A DNA stretch of 63,588 nt, counting the filler. It is 12 parts of 12 records of this genome, joined end to end, with 100 filler letters (N's around TTAATTAATTAA, not from the genome) between each part and the next. Parts side by side here need not be neighbours in the genome. Positions count along the whole stretch, not along the records: positions 11,528 to 16,134 come from SRR15195285_2915; positions 16,235 to 19,316 come from SRR15195285_2916; positions 19,417 to 24,704 come from SRR15195285_2917; 9 more parts are not named here. One strand, 5' to 3'. The first letter of the stretch is position 1; each line of letters begins with the position of its first letter. Shown piece by piece: positions 11,528 through 21,973 of the stretch. Both the position numbers and the translations under genes were made by a program. The notes beneath the pieces are model-generated. The model was given only the letters and a program-made list of their open reading frames with translations. It was not told the DNA's origin and did no database searches.

Positions 11528-14500
11528 TGTCGGCATTGCGCAATATCGATGTTTGTGTGATGCCATGCTGTGGTCGGGCAAACAGTGCGAAATAGACCGA
11601 CACGAAGTGTGTTCACATGTCAGCGCACGGCGCTCAAATGTGACATTTCACCTCTGCGCAGGAAGCTGTGTTCTTGAAACCGAGTGCAACTCGTGCTCGC
11701 TTGTGCACGAGCGAATGGTAAACTGTGGGGGGTCGTGTGCCCCTATCACTTGCCCACCAGCACTGCACCCGTGCAGCAGTAGGCCGTGTTTCAATGGCGG
11801 CTCGTGCAACGCTTCACTGGACTCGTTTGATCGCTTTGGGCGGTTCAACTGCAGTTGTCCAGCTGGTTTTGCTGGTTTACAGTGTGAGTACAATGTTGAC
11901 GAATGCACATCCGAACCCTGCCGCAATGGGGGGACATGTTTGGATGGAATCGACGTGTTTGCTTGCCAGTGCCCACCAGGTTTCAGCGGGCCCAAATGTG
12001 CTCTGGACAACCTTGCCGGCCACGTCGATCGCGAGTGCGGTCCAGTGGCATTTTTTGGTAAGATCCCTTGTTTTGCATGTATACATGGTAATTCAGGTCC
12101 TCGCCGTTGTCTTAGTCTGCAAAGTGACCGACAGTCGGTGGAGCAGGTGGTTGTGATGGACACGCGTGTCAACCAGCTAAGTGCGTGCACAAGATAGCTC
12201 AAGTGGATGTTGGGGCTCCTATTCCGCATATTCAAAGCGCCATAGCTGCAGCGACTTTCAGCTCGACAATGGAAGTCGTTGCAGAGGGTTCTCTGTCTGG
12301 CGCATCGGCAGCGGAGAAAGCCGTCAAGTCTATGCTAAGGAGCTACGGAGGATGCTCAATGGCAATTATGGAAGACGCTGATCAGTGTGTCTTCTCGGCA
12401 TCCATCAACCAGACTGTCGACGGGCAGGTGTATCTGCAAGGCTCGTTCGACGATTACAACGGACCTCTTGTCGAGCATTGCTACACGAATCCCCTGGGAC
12501 TTGACTACACAGGTGAGAGCCACCCATTCGATGAGTCTCGACTGCTGTAACGTGCTGATTCCTTGAGGCCGTATTCCTTCAGGGGACATGAGCATCACCG
12601 AATCTGGGCGCTCTTGTCAGCGCTGGGACTCTCAAGTTCCGCATGCCCACACACACTGCAGGCAACCGGACTGTACAGTAGCGCAGAATTACTGCAGGAA
12701 TCCCGACGAACGAGCAGCTGGTGCATGGTGCTATACGACTGACCCTACGAAGCGATTCGAGAAGTGTGATCTTGGACCTCCATCGTCACCATTGCTCTGC
12801 AATTCCATCACGCTCAGAAACCTGAGCGTCTTCACGAATGGCATTTCGCAGCACGTGGCTTCTTCGGTCCCAGGGCTGTCCGCTTCACAAGTGAAGACGC
12901 GCGTGCTGAACGTGCGGCAGGCTCCTGGACTGGGTCGAAGACTTCGACGTCTACAAGCTCAGTTTCTTGGTACGCCTTGTTGCCACAATATGTGTGCAAA
13001 GAGCAGATGAATCGCAGCGTTTGGATTGTCATCGACTGTCATCGGCCGTGTGTGCTGTTGCGACAGAGCTATTTTTCTCAATTGAAGCTGGAGTTGATTG
13101 TGAAGACGTGATGACGAGTCCTGGCTTTCAGGGTGTGCTGGCTGATTCCGCAAGTGAGTGTTCACAGTCACGTCCACCTTGGTGCCGTTCCTCACAAAGT
13201 TTGTATGCTCACAGATATCGTGGCATCGAGCGGTTCTGCAAGCGAGCCGTTGCGAATCACTGCGACTGACATCGTCTACAGCTATTTACGGTTTACATCC
13301 ACAGTCACGTACAACGTGACTTTGATGTTTGACCCACATCATGGACCGAATACCGAATCCATTCGAGTCACTTTGGCGGACCAATCCGCTCTGACAAACG
13401 CATTGCGCAGTGCTGGGGTCCCCGGAGTGACAGTCAGTGAAGTTTCACCAGTAGATCTGTCGATCGTGACAACAGAACTACCGGCTGAATTCATGCTCAC
13501 ACTGCATATGGATGCATGTACGCTCGACGCTCAGCAGAAAAATGTGTGCATAGCGCCTTCAATTCAAAATGGCGCCATTCAACACCTGTTTACCGCGGAG
13601 CTCAGTGCATTACTGCAGGTATCAATTGACCGCCTCAGCATATCAGTCACTCAAGTGCGTGACGGTAAATCAGGCGAAGAGGTTTCAGTCTTGATAACAA
13701 TATCTTCGTCAACTGGATTTCCTGGGGAGCCGACAACCTCAGCAGCGCTGCTTCTATTGAACCACTATTTGGAAACCTTCGAGTCTCCTCTGTACCGCTC
13801 CCAGAGCTGGTATAGCCTCGCTTCGCGTGGGCTACGCGCGCAGTTGGAGGCTACCGTAGCTGAGGCCGCACGCGATGTTCAGCTCTCGAACCACACCAGT
13901 TACAACGTTACCCTGTCGCGCAACAACGAGACGAGAAACTCTTCGAGCAGCTGGGTACCGAATGCGATCGGCAGTGCTACTGCGTTAGAAGACGATGGTG
14001 CTTCGTGGAGTGAAACGCCAATTGATTGCCGCAACTTTGACAGCCCAGGATGCCCAGGAAATCCCGTAGATCTGGGTACGGTCGAACCAGAACCAGACCT
14101 GCCCGAGACATCCACATCGCTCAGACGGGAAGACTCGTCGTCGAATGTTTTTCATTTGATAATAGCAGCATATGGAGCCTGCGCGATCGTAGCTGCTGGA
14201 TTTTGGCTTCATCGTTGCCGACGTAAGAGGGCTCGAGTTATGAGTAGTTACAACTCCGCAGTGCACGACGATGAAACCCACACCGATCGGAAGCCCGAGT
14301 CAAGCAATCGATTGCCTACGGAACGTGGCATAATCGATTCCAACGATCTCAAGCTGATTGACCCCAAACGCTGGCGAAGACGACCACCCAAACGAGATCC
14401 GTCCGATACTGAGGTTAGCTCGGTTGCCTCTGACGGGAGGTCCGAGGAAACGTTCGACTCTGCAGATGAGCAGCGGTGGGAGCTTGCACCCGAGGAAAAG

Positions 14501-15445
14501 GTCGTGCCGGGAAGCCGAGTACAAGTGACTAAGGAAGGCTCAAAGCAACTGGGTCGCATTGGTACGAGATGTCTTAATGATGGCTGTAATTGGAACGTGT
14601 TCACAACTTACCCTGATGTGTTGCTCGGTGTTGCCTTGGTTTGAACAGGTACCTGCGTCGTCACTGCCGTCCGTCGACGAGCTGCGTCGGTGAAAGGTGC
14701 TGGATTTGAAATTGAGGTTAGCTGGGAAGACACTCTCGAAGAAGAATCCAGCTACGTTCGCGTTTCCGACGTCACTGTTTTGCAGCGACGGGTCGCCCCA
14801 ATCCACACGGCCCGTGTCAGAGACCTGACTGAATTAAGGCACAACGTCTCCAGCAGGCAGCAACAACAACGCCATCACTGCGCAATGATGGCTGATGCAG
14901 CGGTGGCAAATGCACTGCCACCGACCAAACCACGGGTCGCCCGATCTGGACGTACTAGATCTAGTGCTAGCAGGCAGAAGCACAGCGCCAGTACGCGTGG
15001 ATTGGCGCGTCCACAAACACTTGGCCAAGAAGAATCGACACCGTGGTGGCTTGAGCGTGCCTCGATGGATTCCGATCTGTCGCTGCCGGCCCTGAAAGAT
15101 AGATCTGCCTCTACGGGTGGAGTCATGGGCGTGGCGCGCAGGAAACAGCAGCCACACTCGCGCTCTCGCACGCGCCACGAACCAGCTGTACAATTCCGTC
15201 CAAATACTCCTGTACACGAGAGGCTAACGGCGCTGAAGGAACACGCACTTGCGAAGAAGATGCATGCCACAGCAGATGGCCAAAGCCATCTCAAGGACTG
15301 CCCAAGCACATTGCTACGGCACTATTACGTACACGGTGAAGGAACTGAGACGCTCGAGAAAACGCGTGCGGTTGTTCGCAATGACAGCGATCGTGCGGTC
15401 TTCGAGACTGCCGACTCCAGCGCTACCATCTCTGACGAAGGCTGA
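11528..15445 (+). CDS. 5'-truncated single-pass receptor-like protein with EGF repeats, kringle domain, TM helix and long cytoplasmic tail; multi-exon (introns about 12058-12134, 12513-12582, 12970-13007, 13153-13214, 14562-14648)
   Basis: EGF 'CSSRPCFNGGSC..CSCPAGFAGLQCE' and 'NVDECTSEPCRNGGTC'. Kringle 'GLDYTG|DMSITESGRSCQRWDSQVPHAH..NYCRNPD..WCYTTDPTKRFEKC' is rejoined by splicing. TM 'VFHLIIAAYGACAIVAAGFWL' is followed by RCRRKR. Confidence 0.75.
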
Positions 15446-15787
15446 CAGCTCGACGGTGGTGGAGGGCAGCATCGGCTCCGTTCCTTCCAACGACGACTAA
15501 TCTTTGTCTACAACAAAATCAATGCAGAGTCGTCGCATCGTAGCACCGCTCGACCTGAGGGCGGAAATTATCGAAAGTGATGACCGGCCTAGCGTCAATA
15601 TATCAGCACCGTCTTAGCGCCAACCAATGCAACTCAAAACGGCAGGTGTGACACTGGGCATAAGGCCCCCGGTGTCACGCCACGTCTGTCTCTTTCTATG
15701 GTGTGCAATGCAGTGCAATATAAGCTTTCTTTGATGTACGTATAAAACAACTTAGCAGCCCCTACACAAGCAGAAAGGGGTTTACTA

Positions 15788-15833
15788 CCCGTTGTGACGC
15801 CGAGTCCATGTATGGACTCGGCGTCACAACGGG
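15788..15833. repeat. Perfect 22-bp inverted repeat with 2-nt spacer
   Basis: CCCGTTGTGACGCCGAGTCCAT-GT-ATGGACTCGGCGTCACAACGGG. Confidence 0.95.
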
Positions 15834-16605
15834 ACTATTAGTGAGTGTCTAGCTAGTTTGATTAGAGTTTAGCGCCGGAGTGTATTGAACTGTACTTTTC
15901 CCACCCTGGCTCGGTGGCGAGGGTTTCCTCTTGTTTCACATCTCCTGCAATTCGCTTGAGACCTTTGTGAACAACTAACCCTTGGATAACGTGGTTCCCC
16001 GTAGCACAGGGAGTCAGGGCGCGACTCACACAAAAAACGAGTAGTCGGAGGGGCCCGGGGCCGCACCACGCGCCGCCCCTGGTGGAACACGGGCTAGAAC
16101 CCCCTGCTCGCGCACCTCGTACCTAGAGGTATCCNNNNNNNNNNNNNNNNNNNNNNNNNNNNNNNNNNNNNNNNNNNNTTAATTAATTAANNNNNNNNNN
16201 NNNNNNNNNNNNNNNNNNNNNNNNNNNNNNNNNNATACGAAGTCTCCACCACCACAATCGAGCCAATCATGACGAGCCACATAGATGACTTCGGAATATT
16301 TGACAGAAATGGACTATTCCGCATGTATAAACAGAGGTGAGCCTCATAGATGATACGCATTAATGGTTTGTATATTGGGCGGGTTTGATAGCCGCTGTTG
16401 AAAATCGGGATCTCACGCAAGTTTACTCGTGCCAACGGCGACCGCTTGTCTGCAGTCAATTGTAGCCCAAACACAGTCTCCTGGCCTACAGCTCCACCTT
16501 TAATGTCAATCCATCAACATCGACAAAATCAAGCTAGTCGAGCGTGATCTCTCGTCGGCTCCTATGCCGATTCCGATTTACAACGCTGACTATGTCCACA
16601 ACTCA

Positions 16606-18743
16606 TCAATCTGATAGTGCGAGCGACTTCCATACTCCTGGTCTGCCTGGAGTGACGCAAATCCATCCTGCTGGCGTCTCTTGCGTGACATTCTCCCAGC
16701 CGCGCCTGTTCCAAATTACTGAGCCTGCTCGCCACACTCCGGCTGTAGGTGGCGCCACACCCTCGATTCTTCCCTCTTGATATGGCTGCAGCTGTTGTGG
16801 AAGGTCAAAAACTGCTGCTGGCAGTTCATCTAAGGGCGCACCATGTCAACATTAGCGATAGCTTTGACCAACGTGGAAGCAAGGTATCACTCGGTATCCA
16901 CGGAGTGTCCACTTACCTGGCTCACTAGATAGCTTAGTATTCGGCGGATTCCAGGTAGTCTCGACACGAAAGACAGGACGCGCCCGGACACCACGTTGAT
17001 CCGCAAAGGCGAGGTATGGGCCGTCCAAGTCGATGCTGTCGGACACGGACACCATTTTGTAACACGGCGTAGCTGAGCCAGGCTCTCGGCAAGCCTGATC
17101 AAGACCAGCCCCGGCGGCGTTCTGATTCCAATTGTCACGAAGAACGAGCAGCGACGGAATCTCTTCAAGCACGATGTCTGTACGACAACCGAAGACAAAA
17201 TCCATGATCAACCGTCCGTACTCATCAGAATTATCAGCCCGTGCAGAATTATCATCCCCACCCCTAGCAAGAAGAACCAAACGCTCATTCTAAAGCTTAC
17301 CAGCTGTGGCATGGCTGGCAAATACGGAGCCCTCGACAACTACCGACGCTCCTCCAGATCCACGAACTGCCTGACTGGTGATTGGGCCTGAACGGTTCAG
17401 TCTTCCACACATTTCCCTGTTGGATACAAACCGTCAGCGATAACGGCCAGTAGTATGTTTTGGGAGCACCGAATCTTACACAACAACACACAAGCAGTCC
17501 GAACTAGTGCCAGACCTACGTTTCCAAATCCGGGTGCTGCATGACCTCTTCGCATGCGTACGGGGCCCAATTGACAACGGCCGGCAGATATTGCCCCTCG
17601 CCTCCAAACCGAAAGTTGCGGACGTGAACAGTACCACCGTCGATTCTGTGGCTGTAGTTGTCAATCCACCGCTGCTTTGATGCATTGCCACTGGGTTGAT
17701 CGAGTAATGAGGCAGAGCAGTGCCAATCCACTCGTCAGCCAGCAACTACTGACTGAAACGGGACAGAAATTGCTTGGGGTTTACCGAGTGTTGCAAGGAA
17801 CGCCAAGAATGTTCGAGATGAACAACTTGTCATGGTTCTCAATGATTGCAGCGTCGGTCATGTTGCAGCTGCTAGAAATCCACGAGTCTGAGAAAACTCC
17901 CCAGTCGGACCACACGATCAGAGTCTGATAATTCTCCGAGAACATGCAATCTTTGACGATAACCTGCGACGAGTAGCTGCCGGCCTGAGGCAAGACGTTG
18001 GCTGGACAGTGTGGGTCTACATGACAATTATCGACACCAACAGGGCAGCCCTGGCAGCCCGGACCGACGATGCGAATCGCCGCACCAGACGCGTGCGCAA
18101 AGGTGCAATCCTGGATGTTGATGAAACCTTGGTCAGTGTTGTTGTTCCCGACGTGCAACTGGTTCTTTCCACCACGAAATGACATGAACGATACGCTGAG
18201 CCGTTCGACGACGGCTCCCGCGAAGACGTCGCGCTCCCTATTCAGCTGCTCGACGGTGGCGACCCCTTCCCCCGTAACCCGCAGCAGCGCAAAGTAGCAC
18301 CAGGTCGTATCATTTCCGAGGGCTCCGCAGTCTTTCATGCCCAGGTCGGACGGCTTGACGTTGCTAAGGTTGATCGTGTCGCTGACCGTATAGTGACCAG
18401 CTGGAAAGCGCACCTCCGGCTCGAACACATTCCCCTGGCCGAAGACTCCGTCACGAGCCATCGCCGAAGTCGCGTTGTAAAACGCTTGCTGAATTGCGCG
18501 CGTTGAATCATGCTGACCGGACGGGTCGGCACCGAAATCCGTCACGACAAACAGACCGGGCGGCCGCTGCGCCCTCACCAGTGCGCCCAGCTCCCGCAGT
18601 TCGCGCGCCTGTGCCTCGATCAACCTGAACGCGTCGTCAAGCTGGCGCTCATCCCCTGCGCCCACCACACCTGCACTGTGCATTGTACCGGCCAGGGCAA
18701 ACGCCAGTACGCGCACTGGTGCCAGCGACATGGTCAGCTTCAT
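16606..18743 (-). CDS. Secreted pectate-lyase-superfamily (Pectate_lyase_3-like) beta-helix protein; about 5 exons
   Basis: Signal peptide; 'FVVTDFGADPSGQHDSTRAIQQAF', 'EVRFPAGHYTVSDTINL'. Frame-compatible GT-AG introns link the exons through 'RWIDNY..RFGGEG' to a final exon (16829-16606) ending GWICVTPGRPGVWKSLALSD*, which the ORF track misses. Confidence 0.72.
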
Positions 18744-19421
18744 TTCGCACCCGTGCGTGTGTGTCCACGCGTACGGTCGCCGGTGTGCATGTTGGATGTG
18801 TGTGTCCGCGCGTCCACAGCGCGCGTCCGGCGCGCACGGGTCCTCAAATCGATACTCCTGGTATTCGCGCAATGCGTGTCTTACGTCTTACATGTACCGG
18901 TACGTGGGTACGACCCAAGACGCAAGAGCCCCCGCGATCCAGGAAGTTCCCATGTGACAGTTCTGGCGGGCGCGCCGGCTGACCCCTCGCTCCCCCGCCG
19001 GCGGCTGCGGCTGAAAACTGCCAGTTTCCAACGCTGCAACTGGAATGACTTCGTTGGTCAACGTCGGGACGACGACGGACCCATCCATCAGGCTGATGAT
19101 GTCGATGGTGATGACGACGATGGCCGGCTGCCCCTGCTGCCCCTGCTGCCCCTGCTGCTGACGCTGCTGACGCTGACGCCTCGCTGCTGTCTGCCACGGT
19201 GGCTTGCTGCCTTGCTGGACGGCAGCTGGTGTTGGAGCAGTGCGCAGCGGGAGCAGAGGGTGCCAGTGGCCGGCTAACTGCTGGCGCTGCTCCCGCTGCT
19301 GCTGCTGCTGCTGCTGNNNNNNNNNNNNNNNNNNNNNNNNNNNNNNNNNNNNNNNNNNNNTTAATTAATTAANNNNNNNNNNNNNNNNNNNNNNNNNNNN
19401 NNNNNNNNNNNNNNNNGCATC

Positions 19422-21961
19422 ATGCGGGCGGTGGCACTGGCTAGTGGCACCCGGCGCCTGCTGCTGCTGCTGCTGCGGCAAGCTGCAGTGGCCGCCGACG
19501 GTGGCCACGTGGACATGATCAGTGGGATTCATACATCTGCAGGCTGCAACACGGCGTCGACAAAGGACGTCGACCGTTGCCCGGGTGGTCCGCAGGGGTA
19601 CAGGGAGCAGCAAGTGGCAGCTGGAGCCGGTGCCGCGTCTGAGTGCGCGGCGCTGTGCTGCAACGATCCGACATGCGAGGTCTGGGTGACCCGGCCGATA
19701 GAACTCGGCGCTGGCAATTGTTCAGCCGGCTCTACCTGCTGCTGGACCAAGCCAGCGTGCAGCGGCACGCTCGCCAGCCCGGGCACGACATCAGGGACGG
19801 TTTTCCGGCCAAACAAAAACTTCAGCTTCATTGACACAGCGACTTGGGTGGGCACAGAGTACACGCCTGCTCGGGCAGCCAATTCGCTCTGGTGGGCGAG
19901 CTTTCCGGACTACGAGTCAGATATTGAGCGCGAACTGAGTGCTGCCAATGCAGTTCTGGGAATCACAGTGCTACGAATCTTTCTGCATACGCTAGCCTTC
20001 AACCACATCGGCCCCGCTAAGCACGAGCAGTTCCTTGGGCGCTTCATCGGTATCGCCGAATCGTACGGGATGAAGGTTGGCATTGTGCTTTTCGGCGACG
20101 GATGGAATCATGGGTGGGACCTTCCACACCCTGGCAACACGGGAGCAAACGAAAGCTGCGTCCTCGAGCAGTGTTGCCCGCAAGCAGCGGACGGAACGAT
20201 AGGAGTCAAGGGCTGCCACAATGGCTGCTGGTACGCAAATCCCCAGGACTACCAGCGTGGCGACCCACCAGCCAATTTCGATGGCAGAGGAGGCTCGAAC
20301 GTTAGCTTTATCGAGCAGACTTTCCGATCATACGTATGTTGAGTGCGCGTACACGACGATGACTGTCTGTTGTGACCGTATGCTTCCTTTGTTGTGACGT
20401 GCAAGTCTAGAGCATACGTAGTGGACGCTGACACCCCACTGCTACGGGTGCAGGTAGAAGCAGTGACGAAGCCACTCCTGCACGACTCCCGCGTGCTGTG
20501 GTGGGAGGCTTACAACGAGCCCTGCGAGTGGCGCCATTACGAAGCAAAAATCTGCACTTACTTCGAGGTTGTTACAAGCACAATGATCAAGCAGCTCACC
20601 TATAGCTGGGTCAAAGCATTGCAGCCCAGCCAGCCAGTGATTTCCTGCTGGAATGAGCACAACAACACCTTCAGCGACATCCTGGAACCACATATGTACA
20701 GCTCTGATTTCGCAGCGTGGACCGCCGCGGTTTTCGCGGAGTGCCCTTCGGACGCGGGCGATGCGTCATTGTGCAACAGAGGGGCCCTTGTGACTGAGGC
20801 TGGAGCACGGTGGTTCGAGGGCATGACTGGAGATGCCGGGTCGCCACTGACAGTGCTGCATTATCTACAAGCTCTGAGAGAAACCGGCGCACCCTTCGTG
20901 CCCGGTGTTGCATTGGTGTGTCTGGCCTGGCTTTGCATTCTACTGCATGTTATCTCGGATCAGCAGCAACTAGCTACACACACGTCATATCACACGGGTG
21001 CCGTCCTCTTGAACTGGCAGGCGTGGGAACTAATGGTTGGCAACAGCAATACCCGCTGGGCAGACGGTCCACCTTGTCGCTCGCCAAGTTCGTTGACAAA
21101 AGAACCTCCAATTCCGTGGTGAGAGACGCAACCGATTCGCACTGCTTGCTTCCTGCGATAGTGGCACCAACCTTCAATATCTGCATCGCTAATTGTATGA
21201 GCTCCGGCAGGTGTGGCCTCCTCTGGCCGGATGGGACGCCTGTCAGTTACACGGAAGCAGCAGCAATCAGGCACTACTTGACTGGTGTCTCTGACTTCTT
21301 GCTGCTCGACACCTTCCTGCCCCCAGGCAAGGCAGCGCTTACGCTCACAGACGACGTTACGCTTAACTTAACGCATGGTGTCGTCGGCTACTATAGCAGC
21401 TTTGACAGCAACAGCTCAAACAGTATTACTGGACCGACAAATCTATCCCCAAAACGTGATTTAGATGACGCTGGCGTTATGCTGGAAACATCACTGTGGC
21501 TTGGGGACGCACAGCACGCAGCAGTGATCTTTGTCGGAGACGCGAGTGACAGTGATGCCAACAGTAGCTGTGGTTGGGAGGTGCGGCTGTCGCACTCCGC
21601 ACTCGAGGTGTTGCGGGTGTCGGCCAACTCTGAGAAGAGAGTCGTGGGTACGGTGCTCTCTTCAGCACTAGCGAGTGGGCTGCCCGTTGGCGCATGGAAC
21701 CTGCTGCGGCTGGAACTACTTCGAGCCCCGTTTGCAGCAACTTCACGAGAGAAGTTGTCAGTATTCCTCAATCCAACTGCTCATGCCACTAGCCCGACTC
21801 TTGGAAAGGTGACGCCACGGCTAGTCGTTGCCGAGGAGACTTCATCACAGCGAGATGGGCGCCGGGAGGTTATCATCGCCCCACCTGCGGCGGGGCAGGG
21901 TTACTTCATGGTGGACTATGTTTCAGTACTTCCTGGAGGTGGTGTGGCGCGTGGGAAATAG
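19422..21961 (+). CDS. Secreted GH5-like (clan GH-A) glycoside hydrolase with N-terminal PAN/apple-like module; introns 20334-20453, 20916-21020, 21119-21210
   Basis: 'GTEYTPARAAN', 'VLRIFLH', acid/base 'YNEP', nucleophile 'VTEAGAR', 'WELMVGNSNTRW', spliced 'PW-CGLLWPDGTP'. Apple-like 'ECAALCCNDPTCEVW...CCWTK'. Confidence 0.8.
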
Positions 21962-21973
21962 TGACGAATCACT

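Noticed and set aside
19060-19316. CTG/GAT-rich low-complexity stretch with several short ORFs
   Set aside because: Probably the end of a truncated gene or simple repeats; the frame cannot be assigned.
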